The translations under genes and the position numbers were made by a program. Under the pieces are notes generated by a model. It searched no databases. It was given only the letters and a program-made list of their open reading frames with translations, and was not told where the DNA came from. 64,000 nt of DNA. Origin: Hormiphora californensis. Taxonomy: Eukaryota > Animalia > Ctenophora. This document shows, in pieces, positions 26,901 to 40,842 of the stretch (positions within the stretch are counted from its first letter, which is position 1; the number at the start of each line of letters is the position of its first letter). The stretch spans positions 4,216,001-4,280,000 of the forward strand of contig CM035361.1 in the NCBI GenBank assembly GCA_020137815.1, given 5' to 3'.

Positions 26901-29900
26901 TCCTATGTTGTTCCTGTGGTGTTTTGGGATCTACTGCTGAGGCCGCCATGATAACCAAAGCCTTCCTACAGCTACCTATGTGCCCCGTTGATTCTCTACA
27001 CAGCTACAATTCTACGGATCTTTATCACCTGATTCTACATGTAATTCAGCGGAATTTCCCTTGATGTTTATCATCAGCGCTCTAGCACTACCAACCTCCG
27101 TATTCTTTACCCCGACATGAGAGACAAAGTGTAAGAGGGGCATAGAGACGGTTGGGGGGGGGGGCTATTGTAGGACTTCAATGGGCTTTCTAGTAGAACA
27201 AATCCTTGTGTTTTAGTAGCACTAAATTGCGCGCCACATTGCGGAATTGCGCGCCACACATTTCCTGAAAACGTGTCAACAAAGTGGTTTATGAAGGAGC
27301 AGGTTGTTGTTGTGTGCGCGGCTTTAGTTGCTACATGTTGCCCCTCGCAACCTGAAACGGGACAAGAGAGTTTACTTGCTACAAATAGTCACTATATCCG
27401 TTTAGATTCCTAAACCCCTATGCCTTTTTGCAAAATGCAGGGCGGGGAAAAAATTACGTGTTTAGCTTATTTTGAAGGTTTTTTATTGATTGTTCAGTAA
27501 GTAAAGAGGCACCACAGACACTCACTGTACTGAAGTTTCTACCGACAGTATGTGGTGCGACGTAACTGGAGTTCGCACCGGTGCTGTATGCGGTCCCCCC
27601 AAGGAATGTAACAAACAATTGGTTTAGATATTATTCCAACTTTCTTTTTCGTGCACCTCCCAGATAGCCTCCCAGATTGGCTAAACCCTGTGTACACGAC
27701 AAGAGAGGGCGAATATAAAATCCACTTTTACACGTTTTCCCATAATGGAATCCCCCGCAAAACTTTTCGTCATCGCACCTGAAATACGAAGAAAAGAACT
27801 TGTTTAGATCGGGTACATAGCAGCTGTAACATTTTCCTTCCTAATTATATATACATATATTAGGGCCAATATAAGCACCTACCGTCTGTGTGTGTTTTTG
27901 AACCTCCCGTACTTCCTCCCACTTTGCTGGTGTCTTGCGGGGCCAGCTCCCGGTGAATCAAAATTCTGGCGTTCCTCCCGATGTGGCATCAGCTGAACTG
28001 TCATCTGATCCACTATGTATGTTTGTCGGTAGTCAGGTATGTTTGTTATCTGAATGTGAGTTTGCTATTTGCTTTCGGCTTGTTTGTCTGTTGTGTTAAT
28101 AAACCTGAGTTTATTCATTGTTTCACGGCCGCTACAGTATTGTTAGACACTGCACTCTGAACTATTTTTTATTGACCGAATTAGAATGCATTGTTCCCGG
28201 AGGAGAAAAAAGGCTGATTATTCTGAAAGATAAACTTCACACGGGTGTGGTTTGGTCTAGTATGCCGCATATACTGAGTTAGACAATAGCTGCGTTTGTC
28301 TGACAATTATGGTAGCCCGCAGCTAACCAATCAGATGCTCCAGAACATCTACCTATAATTGGAGACAATGGGGAACTACCTACGCCCTGGATTGGAGACG
28401 AAGAACGTGTGGAGGAGAAGACGGGTGTGGTCAGCTAGTACAAGAGGAGAGGACACTTGTCAGTTCCCGGCAGTTCCTGAGAGAGACACTAGAGTGAGTT
28501 CGGCCCTGAGAGTTCTGATGTTGCAGTTCCTGAGTTCTGCTTTGAGAGCCACTGAGAGAGTTCCTGAGAGAGACCAAGAGTTTGGAGTTGAGTAGAGACA
28601 CTAGAGTGAGTTTTGTACGGAGACAGTTCTACTGAGAGAGTTGAGTTTTATTGAGTCAGTTCCTGTGATCTGAAGCATAGCCTGAGCTTTAGTCTGAGAT
28701 CCAGCCTTAGTCTAGCAATGTGGCTTACTAAGACGCAGGCGACTAAATGAGTCCCGAGACTCTGCATAGAGAGCCCCGCATTTGAGAGATGAATTCTGTA
28801 CGAGATTGAGTAGAGTAGAGAGAGAGAGAAATAGTGTGGCTGCATTTATGAGTATTTTATTGTTTCGGTTTAGTTTTAGTTTTGGCTCGGAATCGGTTGT
28901 TTCATTTTGTCTGTGTCAGAAACAGCAATCCACCGTTCTTGTGCGGTTGTTGATAGTCAGTCAGTACAGAAAGGACTACTGCAACACGCACACCGAGCAC
29001 CCCACACGAAGAGTTGCTCAGCAGTTCCACTAGTCAGTCCTGTCCAGGGATCCTTATAGGTCATAGGAGGCTCCCCTTCGAGGGAAAGGATAGCTTCACA
29101 TTCGGTCTGCTTTTGTTAAGTTTCAGGCCGGTTACTAATCCAGTTAGACACACAGAAATTTTGGCAGAGGTTCCCCAGGGGCTCCTAGCCCCTACTCGGT
29201 TTTTAGGAGAGCTCACCCGTCGCAGTACTCTGGTACATGCTGTTTCTGGGGCATGACAGGAGGCTGGGGATTAGAGCTGGCATCACTCATATTCAAGGTT
29301 ACAAATCTTTAAATTTGTCTTTTGTTACATATCTTTAAATTTGTCTTTGTTTCATCTCACAACTAGGGATCTGCACTTTGGCACCTAGTTTGAGGGTGTG
29401 TCACAGGGCTGGTTCCCTCATTAGATTTGTACTGGGCGAACTGATAAGGGAACCCTACTAAAATTCAGCCCGACAACCGACCGACAAAACGATCGATCAA
29501 CGACTGATATCAATTGCCAACCAACCGCCTATCAATCGATCGCCGAACCAAATCCCAGCAGGGAAAAGAAGGGAGAAGATCAGCTGCCTCGAGTACAAAT
29601 CTCTAAGTTAATGCAATTGACCGCATTGTTATGTCACATCAGGCGAAACAGTGACGCGGCTAGGGGCTGATATGATATGGGAAAAGAGGGAGGAAAGTTC
29701 TGGAGAGGGGTAGGGTGTTGGATTTTAAAATCGATTTTTTGTAACTCATCTTACTAGATGCATTTTTTAACGCTGATTCCGAATCTGTCAAAATTTTTGA
29801 TCTACGACCATGTCTTCAGGTGTAACCGTGCTTCTGAATGAACTTGACTGTGCGCTGCGTTCCACTGCTGACACTATGATACACTATCACGTGATCATGT

Positions 29901-32176
29901 CACGTGCTCTCTCCCCCAACCCAATTAGTAGTGCTCGCGATCTTACACACGAGCGTGTCACTTGAGACCTGTGGAAACATCTTTCCAGTAGGCTGTATGT
30001 GAGAGATGTTTCTTCACTTTCTGTACTAAATTTAGAGAGTAAGGAACGAATGAATTTGAGGGGAATATGAGAATGTGAAATGCCAAGAAATTTAGAACAC
30101 AGAACAGACACATCATAACACTACATAGAAGCTAAATAGTATGTTTCCAGCTGAACAGTTGTGGATATATGGACATGATCATAAAGTCGGGACACTTTTG
30201 CAAGGTTCAGTTAGTTGGCCATAATGGATGCTGATCCACATAATGGATTCTGATCCACCAGACTAACTAATTCGAAATCGTCCAACGAATATTTTCATGA
30301 AAAGTGGATCATTTTTGATCCACAGGTTTAGAAGATACAGCTTGTCAAAGTGATGTGGATCAATTTGTGTGGATCAGCCTCCTCAACTGAAACAGAACAG
30401 AGTTTAACACTTGCCGTCTTGGATTCCATTAGAGTTTTATCATCCAAACATTCTTACTTGAAATTTAGAACAAAATTGCTCAACCTATGTGGATCACACC
30501 CTTTTTAGTGCTTTATAACGACTCAACCGGGTGAAAACTCAGTTATTGAATTTCGATTCTGGTCTAGAAGGGAAGAGGAGATTCTTCTGGTAATAGATAA
30601 CCCCCTAATTTAGTTCTAGGGTGACTCAACTCATGTGGATTTTCAATTAAATGACCTAAGGTCAATATTAAAGGAACGTATTTGATGTCAAATTGATCCA
30701 CAAATGAGTTCAAACTAATCTTAAAACACCTTTTATGGCTAACCTACCGATACCAGTGCCCATACAATGCCATTCGGTGGCTGTAGCTCAACCCATATAT
30801 CTCAGATATAATCTGCACTGGTCCTTTGTAGAATCTGGAGGGGAGAAGCAGAGCCCAGGGAAGGAGTCAGGAGAGGTGAAAACACGATGACCAGGTGAGA
30901 GAAAACCACAGAAGGGATGTAAAAGGAAGTCCAGCAGAGCCCAGGAAACCAGAAGAAGTAGAAGGGAGTGCCTCATGAAGTAAGAATGAGATCCACGATG
31001 GCCAGATAGGAGAAAGCCTCAGAAAGGAGAAGAGTTCAGGAAAGGAGAGGTGAAATAGGTCAACATACTACAAACTAAATGGCAGGTTGGCTGAAAAGTA
31101 ACATACAACATACTTTGTTAATATAGTTCGAAGTAGTGACCGCTTAATCCCCATTTCTCTAGCTGTTGCTACGTTATTCCGAGTAAAAACAGCCCGTGTA
31201 TAGCATTCTCATTCCCAACTGCTTTGGTGGAACCTGAGGCAAGCTGGTCTTCCTTTATAGCAAGAAAATGGGCGAGGAAGTTAAAGCAACAGAGGGATCC
31301 AAAAGTCATCGCGAAAAATGATACCATGATAAGAGTTGGAAAAAGGTAGTCCCTTTCTCAAAACACCTGATTTGTCACGTGTTTTAAGACGATCCCGGTC
31401 GGGATTGGGAACATCCTACTCGATCTACTGATTGAGGTTTACTAACTAGGTACTTCCTCTTTAAGATCTCTTCCTGTTGCTCGGACAACACTTTAAGTCC
31501 AGGTCTTGTTTCAGGAATCACCGCTAAATTAGTAGCCTGCTCTTGCGTTTGGATCAATGGAACCAGTGTCTGTATATCTTTTCAGAATTCCAATATAATA
31601 TTTCCAATCTCTCTACCTCTCTCAGGGTTTAACAATTACATTTCTCTCTGGGTGACGCGCTCGTGTGTAAGATCGCGAGCACTACTAATTGGGATGGGGG
31701 AGAGAGCACGTGACATGATCACGTGATAGTGTATCATAGTGTCAGCAGTGGAACGCAGCGCACAGTCAAGTTCATTCAGAAGCACGGTTACACCTGAAGA
31801 CATGGTCGTAGATCAAAAATTTTGACAGATTCGGAATCAGCGTTAAAAAATGCATCTAGTAAGATGAGTTACAAAAAATCGATTTTAAAATCCAACACCC
31901 TAGAGAGGGGAAAGAGAAATTAAATTTTGAGAGGAAGGCGAGAATATCAGTGCCACAGAGAAAACAGCAATACCAGGTTCTGAGATCTCCCCCTAGAAGG
32001 ACCTACCATGAGAAATCACACTTCCCGTCGCATATTGAGCTCTTTGTTGCTAGTCCCATTCCTGGCATGGGTGCTTGTCCGGGGGCTCCAATCACGTCAC
32101 ACAATGCATTATCAGCACACACAATATTAAAGGCCCTGCACATTCCATCTCTTGTCATGGGGTAATATTCCTCAAT
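20940..32176 (-). CDS. LDLa-repeat rhodopsin-class GPCR (GRL101/RXFP-like 7TM, no LRRs seen); two apparent +1 frameshifts in ECL3/TM7
   Basis: Exons 32176-32007, 27778-27687, 26287-26113, 25988-25634 and 24487-20940 join in phase (ICDGKCDFSW|CDDEKFC; EYTR|CAV; HYK|VCLR). LDLa motifs include CDGREDCTHGEDE and CDLVSNCKDGSDE. TM motifs: SLGDLVTGVYL, FYGNAGVCMFKY, IIGTDFLSWVPF, LNPLIYSD. Confidence 0.88.
21020..22163 (-). repeat. Coding 18/21-bp minisatellite encoding (PEIMPD/PEIIPDH)n in the GPCR cytoplasmic tail
   Basis: Units are multiples of 3 and stay open in the frame that follows NPLIYSD. Confidence 0.85.
24558..25153. mobile_element. Dispersed non-autonomous repeat family; related segments at ~33605-34240 and ~44640-45180
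   Basis: Ends AAGGTCGTGCGACC/GGTTGCACGACCTT. Blocks such as AATGTTAACCAGATCTG and CATAACTCAGCCATTTCTTGACCAATTT are shared among these loci. Confidence 0.6.
25165..25450 (+). mobile_element. 5'-truncated non-autonomous Helitron (family B)
   Basis: Homologous to ~26900-27193; ends GGGCTTTCTAG|T. Confidence 0.65.
26519..27193 (+). mobile_element. Head-to-tail non-autonomous Helitrons (truncated copy 26519-26744 + full copy 26745-27193)
   Basis: Junction GGGCTTTCTAG|TCTATATTATAAAG. 5' TC, 3' CTAG followed by T, no TSD or TIR. Confidence 0.75.
29711..31902. mobile_element. Non-autonomous hAT-type transposon, ~250-bp TIRs, 8-bp TSD GAGAGGGG
   Basis: GAGAGGGG|TAGGGTGTTGGATTTT...AAAATCCAACACCCTA|GAGAGGGG. 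Internal GATCCAC/GTGGATC motifs. The empty site with a single GAGAGGGG is at 62430-62437. Confidence 0.95.
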
Positions 32177-32227
32177 CTGTGAGCAGGGACCTTGGTTACA
32201 CACCACTCTCTCTCTCTCTCTCAGATG

Positions 32228-32737
32228 TCAGAGTGCAGAGAGAGGAGAGAGAGAGAGAGAGAGGAGAGAGGAGAGAGAGAGAAGAGAGAGGAAAAGAAGA
32301 GAGAAGAAGAGCGATGAGAGAGAGAGAGAGAGAGAGAGAAGAACTAAGAAGAGAGAGAAGACAAGAGAGAAGCGGAAAAAGAGAGAAAGGGGGGAGGAAA
32401 AAAGGGGGAGATAGGTCAAACAGACGAAGAGAGAAGAGAGGAGAGAGAGAGAAGAGAGAGATGAGAGAGAGAGAGAGGGGGAAAAAAGGGGGAAAAGGGA
32501 AAAGGGAAGAGGAGAGGGGGAAAAATTGGGGAGTGGGCGGGGGAACCCAAAAAAGGGGGGGGGGGGGAAAAAGGGGGGGGGCCGGGGAAAAAAAAAAAAG
32601 GGGGGGGGGGGAAAAAAAAAGGGGGGAAAAAGGGGAAGGGAAGAGGGGAAGGGAGGAAAAAAAACGGGGGGGGGAAAAAAAAAGGGGGGGGGGGGGGGGG
32701 GGGGGGGGAAAAAGGGGGGGGGGGGGGGGGGGGGGGT

Positions 32738-32803
<66 letters not shown>

Positions 32804-32850
32804 AAGAGGGGAGAGAGAAGAGAGAGAGGAAAAAAAGACAAAAAAATAAA
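32228..32850. repeat. Degenerate (GA)n/poly-G low-complexity tract, probably poor consensus
   Basis: Corresponds to the clean (GA)n at 62706-62836. Confidence 0.8.
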
Positions 32851-34941
32851 AAATCCCCTTAAAAACCGGGTTTTTTAATACCCCCCCGGGCCCCAATTTT
32901 CATGGTTAATACCAAAAGGGGGCCCCCCCCCAAAAAAGGGGGTTTAATTTTGTGGGAAAAGGAAAAATTTAAAAAAGTTTTTTGGGGCTGTTTCAAGAAA
33001 AAATTGGAAAGTTTTTTTTCTTCCCAATTTTCCCAATTAATTTTTTTTTAATTCCAACAAAAAATTGTTTTTTTTGGTCTTTTTTGTTGTACCACACATC
33101 AAAACCCCCAGTTAGCGGGTTGCCCAAAAACCATAACTCATTCCTTTTTTCGACATCCCGAATCGCTTCCCTAAATTCCACCCTGAAATGCCCCTTTGGG
33201 AAACCCCAAAGCACTGGAACCTCGGAAAATTTTTCGTTTCCCTTTGTGTTTGAAAACCCCCGGGTGAAAACCCCCTTTGGGGCCAAATTGGACAGCATCT
33301 TCTTTTCTTCAAATTTGAAGGGAATTTTTATTTATATGGGGTAAGAATTATTGCGTTATGTATTCATATAATGCTGTGTTTCCCTACTGTTTCATGTGTC
33401 AGCAGGTTTGGTCATAATGTGCCAATGTGAGATGCAAAGGATCTAGTTGACAGTATACTAGTGAGCCAACACTTGCTAACTAGCTTTTGACATTCCAATT
33501 TTCTAACCTCCATCACCCACAAAATGGAACGGTTTGGATGAAAATGTTTATGTTTCGCACCAGTTACAGATTTAGACCCTCGCCTATTCTATAATGTAAC
33601 AATCTCGCGCACCATTTTAACGGTCGCGTTGGATGACAAAATCATTTAATCATCCAACGCGACCGTCAAAATCGCGCGCGAGATTGTTACTTTTAGAATG
33701 GGGGAGAGAAATTTTAACGGTCGCTGGTGTGTGTGGCGTTAAAGTCAAAATTTAAGTTTTAACTTTTGTGTGTGCTGGCTCTCACTGTTTACTGCCCCTA
33801 AGCGTTAAAGTCAGCCACTTTTTGGCACCAAATTCCGCTATTTTTGTGCCGATTTCAAATTATTTAAGCTTCTTGGGACGAGCTCGATGCCCAACGAGCC
33901 CAAGAAAAAGAAATTTGACTGATAAATGATTGAGTTATGACCAAAAACGTCAATTTTTAATTTAAAATTTTTATTGGTGTGTGATGCCCCAAATTTAGAC
34001 GTTTTTGGCCATAACTCAACCATTTCTTGGTCAAATTGCTTCATCTTGGAATCGTTGGAAAGAGGGCATCGAGCTCTTTCCACACATCTTAAGAAAATAA
34101 AAATCAGTGCAAAAATGGCGGAGTTATGGCGCAAAATGCTCCGCCATTTTTTCACCATTTTGCTAAAACGTATTTGACCAAGAAATGGCTGAGTTAAGGC
34201 CAAAAACGTCTTAATTTGGTGCCAAAAAGTGGTTGACATTTTCGAATTCTAACCCTGCTATGCCTTTTTGCAAAGCAATAAGGCATCCGGATGAATGCCT
34301 TCGGCATTAACCCGGGTAGGGACAAAAAATCAGTTTCTATAGCTCTTTGATTCAACCTTTCACCATTTACTACGTTTCTGTCACTTGAGCAAACGATCAA
34401 TGGTCTCAGTACCGGAGAGTGTGCAGATAAGAACGAAGAATGAGATAAAGCTAATGAGCTGTATTCATCTCTATTATAATTTGGAGATGAACGTCGAAGT
34501 CGTTCGTTCAGTGCGTTTCTACGCGACAGTGCTCCTTCATAAAACACTTCATATGACCAAAGCTGTATAAGCTGTCATTCACACTTTGGAACTTCCAGTG
34601 GAAGTTTGTTAATATTTTGTTTTGTAGACGTTAAAAGGGGCAAAAAGAACCACCCGGCGAAGCCGGATGGGTTATCGAAAAGCCCTTACTTGAGGCGCAC
34701 CCAATAGGTGCGCTAGTTATATATATCTGCATTTTAAAGATCTAACATTGGTGACATATGGCGCGACCAAGATTGAGCGGGGGTCGCTCCAGGTGTCTAT
34801 AATATGTCACCAAGATCTAACATAGTACATGTTAGATTTTTAGGGCGCGATCACACCAAGATCTTCGAAAGAATTCTTTCGAAGCACCAAACCCAATCAC
34901 ACCAAATTGTTTCGTTTGGTTCTTGCGCGCGTATGTCTATT

Positions 34942-35368
34942 GGGGGAGACACACTGAAGTTGGGCACGCTCGTTCAAATCTCAACCTCGCGTCACACACT
35001 GAAGTTCGAAATTTCGCGAAAACCCATTTTCGGCTGTGAAATCATTTGTAAGACGCTATCTTATTTACTGGTACATCTCTCGAGGTGTCCTTTATCCATA
35101 CTGAGTCGATTTCACCATTTTTGAAATTTTTGGCTAATCCGGTCACAGTTGTCCCAATTCACCAAAATATTTAAAAACGGTGAAATTGACCCGGTATTGA
35201 TAAAGGACTACCAGTAAATAAACTAGCATCTTACAAATGATTTCTCAGCCAAAAATGGGTTTTCGCAAAACTTTGAACTTTTCCGCAAAACTTCGAACTT
35301 AGAACTTCAGTGTGTGTTGCGAGGTTGAGAGTTTGACGCGTGCGACCAACCTCAGTGTGTCTCCGCCC
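34942..35368. mobile_element. MITE with GGGGGAGACACACTGA terminal inverted repeats
   Basis: Left GGGGGAGACACACTGAAGTTGG, right CCAACCTCAGTGTGTCTCCGCCC, degenerate internal inversion. A lone end occurs at ~37144. Confidence 0.7.
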
Positions 35369-35488
35369 TTGCTAGTTTTTGATTCTGACGACAGTGAAAA
35401 GCATACAATAGCCATCCGCGGCCAGTCCGATACTGAGACCATGATTGCAAACGATCAATCGATTGATTGTCAAGTGACAGAAACACGT

Positions 35489-36123
35489 GTTAAACATACC
35501 CTGTGGTATAACATGGACAGCACACTCTGCAATGTTAAACATACCCTGTGGTATACCATGAACAGAACACGTGGCAATGTTAAATATACCCTGTGGTATA
35601 CCATGGACAGAACACGTGGCAATGTTAAACATACCCTGTGGTATACCATGAACAGAAACACGTGGCAATGTTAAACATACCCTGTGGTATACCATGGACA
35701 GAAACACGTGGCAATGTTAAACATACCCTGTGGTATACCATGGACAGAAACACGTGGCAATGTTAAACATACCCTGTGGTAAACCATGGACAGAAACACG
35801 TGGCAATGTTAAACATACCCTGTGGTATAACATGGACAGCACACTCTGCAATGTTAAACATACCCTGTGGTATAACATGGACAGCACACTCTGCAATGTT
35901 AAACATACCCTGTGGTATAACATGGACAGAAACACGTGGCAATGTTAAACATACCCTGCGGTATACCATGGACAGAAACACGTGGCAATGTTAAACATAC
36001 CCTGTGGTATAACATGGACAGCACACGTGGTAATGTTAAACATACCCTGTGGTATAACATGGACAGCACACTCTGCAATGTTAAACATACCCTGTGGTAT
36101 AACATGGACAGCACACTCTGCAA
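35489..36123 (-). repeat. 45/46-bp minisatellite spanning an exon end + splice donor
   Basis: ~14 units of TTGCAGAGTGTGCTGTCCATGTTATACCACAGG|GTATGTTTAACA (minus strand). Confidence 0.9.
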
Positions 36124-36791
36124 CCATGACATGCTTATAGTAGTTGTCTCCAAAAAGGAATGAACCCAATTTCTCATAAGGGGGACTCTCAACGCGTATC
36201 TCACTACCCACAACATTACACTGCCAACTGTATGTCTGTCCATCTGCACTGACATCATGCACCATCCTCCCCACAGTCCCAACCTTGATGATTTGGGGTA
36301 CGAAGATTAACGAGGAGGGTTAAGGGTATTAAAATTGACGTTTCGGTTTACATCAAGAAAATCTTACATGTCTAACAAGAGATTAGCAAACAACCAACCT
36401 TATGTTTCCTCGATGCCGTGTCCACCACATATACCACTGCACCCTCCATCACCGCAGTGTGTGTCCTGATGTCGTCCGCGTCTCTCCCAGTGGCCGTACT
36501 AAGAAGAACCAGGGTCACCATTTTAACTGGGATGTCAGTTTTAGAAAATTTCATCACCAGAGAAGATTCAACGTCACTCGGGTTCGATTCTGCATATGTC
36601 GACAGGTCGCTGTCGAAACTGTGGGCCGCACGGTGGACATGGCATACTGGATCCAGCCACCCAGCAATCCTTTCAGGACATTGCCCTTTTGGGACGACTT
36701 CCCAGATATTAGTACTGAGACTCGCAGAAAACGGTTTGATCACTTGTACTGAAAATGTAGAGTTTGACACAACTATATTTATGATCTTTTG

Positions 36792-36823
<32 letters not shown>

Positions 36824-36954
36824 TTATATTTATATTCATATTTTGAAAACCCTTATCACTATAATAATTAAAGATAGTGCCAATATAATAACTTACCAGT
36901 ATCGCTAGAGTCTGCCAGTGAAACGAACAAAAAGATCAGAATCACTGAACTCAT
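36091..36954 (-). CDS. Secreted protein with a probable galactose-binding/F5/8C (fucolectin-like) domain; 3' end unresolved
   Basis: Exon 36954-36897 has signal MSSVILIFLFVSLADS. Exon 36748-36399 contains AAHSFDSDLSTYAES...MEGAVVYV. Exon 36283-36091 contains GQTYSWQCNVVGSEIRV...MVAECAVH. Phases match; the domain call comes from motif resemblance only. Confidence 0.65.
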
Positions 36955-37204
36955 CTTCTTGAAGAAGTTTTTCTAATTGCCTGGCTTCGGGGAACTCATG
37001 TTGATAGACTACATTTAGCAGCCAACTGATTGCTAGACAAAAAGTTTAGAATGATGAGGGAAAAACTGTTTTCAGAAGTTACGTCCGACTGATTTCGTCA
37101 AGCTCTGTCTCATTCCGCGGGTGGAGGCCGTTTGAGACTGTTTGGGGGGAGACACACTGAAGTTGAGCTGATATTTATAAGATGCAACTAATATTTGCCC
37201 AACA

Positions 37205-37354
37205 GGGGAAACAGTCGTGCCTGAATGGACCTCAGGTTCAGGCCACGGCTATTTTCCACTGAACCTGATTAAATCTCGGGGAATTGTCGTCACTTAAACT
37301 TGAGAGAAGTATGATTATAGTAGGCCAGTTTCGAACCCCCCCTCCCTCCTCCCC

Positions 37355-37398
<44 letters not shown>

Positions 37399-37493
37399 TG
37401 AAATATATCAAGTATTTATCCGGGAAAAATTCCCTGAAATCTCAGGGAATAGCTGTGACTAGGGTTTGAGATTCAGGCACGACTGTTTTCCCC
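37205..37493. mobile_element. MITE (GGGGAAACAGTCGTGCCTGAAT TIR); short relative at ~16717-16770
   Basis: Inverted termini visible at both ends. Confidence 0.65.
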
Positions 37494-37883
37494 AATAGCG
37501 GATGAGAGAAGAAAAAATGCTCCTTGAAAATCAAAGTCTGAATATTTGGATATTTAATCGGTCAGTCTTATATATACTGTTATATGATATATTTATATAT
37601 AAGACGTATATATGTCCGAGAGAGCTTTCTTTGTCTTCATGAGGGAGACTCCATTGTTTCTTTGGTGGTAGAACGCACTCTAGGTACCTCAAATTATGTC
37701 TCTATTGTGATATGAGCCACGGCAATAAAATTAGCACTAATATTAGGTAAGCGGTAAATGATAGGACGTTCTCAATCTCTCATTCTCTTTCTCTCTCTTG
37801 CGCCTCAATCTCTCCTTATCGCCACAAACAAACCAGACAGCAAGCCAAATGATATGTGATCTCCCATAGATATAGCTTAGATA

Positions 37884-39392
<1,509 letters not shown>

Positions 39393-39394
<2 letters not shown>

Positions 39395-40048
39395 GACTTT
39401 CTTCCTTTTCTTGCTTTTTTTTTTTCCCCTTTTTTTTGTTTTTCCTTTTTTTCTTGTTTTCTTCCCTTTTCTTGCTTTTCTTGCTTTCTGTTTTCGTGTT
39501 TTTTTTTTTCCCCCTTTTTCTTTTTTTTTCCCTTTTTTGCTTTCTTGCTTTCTTGCTTTTTGCTTTCTTCTTTTTGCTTTTTGCTTTCTTGCTTTCTTGC
39601 TTTCTTGCTTTCTTGCTTTCTTGCTTTTTGCTTCTTGCTTTCTTGCTTTCTTGCTTTTTCTTGCTTTTTCTTGTTCTTGCTTTCTTGCTTTCTTGCTTCT
39701 TTTCTTCTTTCTTGCTTTCTTGCTTTTTGCTTTCTTGCTTTCTTTTCTTCTTGCTTTCTTGCTTTCTGCTTCTATGCTTCTTGCTTTCCTTGCTTTCTTG
39801 CTTTCTTGCTTCTATGGCTTTCTTGCTTTCTTGCTTTCTTGCTTTCTTGCTTTCTTGCTTTCTTGCTTTCTTGCTTTCTTGCTTTCTTGCTTTCTTGCTT
39901 TCATTGCTTTCTTGCCTTTTTGCTGTCTTGCTTTCTTGCTTTCTTGCTTTCATTGCTTTCTTGCTTTCTTGCTTTCTCTCTTTCTGCTTCTTGCTTGTCT
40001 TGCTTTCTTGCTCTTCGCTTGCTTTCTTGCTTGCTTGCTTCTTGCTTT

Positions 40049-40079
<31 letters not shown>

Positions 40080-40799
40080 TCTTGCTTCTTGCTTTCTTGC
40101 TTTCTTGCTTCTGCTTTCTTGCTTTCTTGCTTTCTTGCTTTCCGCTTTTCTTGCTTTCTGCTTTCTTGCTTTCTGCTTTTTTGCTTTTTCTTTCTTTTTG
40201 TTTTCTTGCTTTCTTGCTTTCTTGTTTTTCTTTCTTTTCTTCTTTCTTCTTGCTTTCTTGCTTCTTGCTTTCTTGCTTTCTTGCTTTCTTGCTTTTCTTG
40301 CTTTTTGCTTTCTTGCTTTCTTGTTTTTCTTGCTTTCTGTTTCTTCTTGTTCTTCTTTCTTTCTTTTTCTTGCTTTTTGCTTTCTTGCTTTCTTGCTTTC
40401 TTTGCTTTCTTGCTTTCTTGCTTTCTTGCTTTCTTGCTTTCTTGCTTTCTTGCTTTTCTTGCTTGCTTTCTTGCTTTCTTGCTTTCTTGCTTTTTGCTTT
40501 CTGCTTTTTGCTTTCTTGCTTTCTTGCTTTCTGCTTTCTTTGCTTTCTTGCTTTCTTGCTTTTCTTTTCTTGCTTTCTTTTTCTTTTTCTTGCTTTCTTG
40601 CTTGTTTGCTTTCTTGCTTCTTGCTTTCTTGCTTTCTTGCTTTCTTGCTTGCTTGCTTTTTTCTTGCTTGTTCTTTTGTTGTGCTTCTTGCTTCTTGCTT
40701 TTTGCTTCTTCTTTGCTTCTGCTTTCTTGCTTGTTGTCTTGCTTTTTTTCTTGCTTTGCTTCTTTGCTTTCTTTTGCCTTCTTCTTGCCTTGCTTGCTT

Positions 40800-40842
<43 letters not shown>

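Larger units (their letters stand above)
29170..33430. repeat. Segment duplicated at ~61899-63545 (contains GPCR 5' exons)
   Basis: 29170-29710 and 31903-32180 are near-identical to 61899-62706. 32850-33430 is a homopolymer-corrupted version of ~62855-63545. Confidence 0.9.

Noticed and set aside
28250-29170. Possible LTR or gene
   Set aside because: Short internal repeats only; no TG...CA pair, PBS or coherent coding frame could be supported.
32152-33344. Poly-Gly/Pro/Lys ORFs and apparent G-quadruplex tract
   Set aside because: Homopolymer-inflated version of the clean sequence at 62.7-63.5 kb; most likely consensus error.
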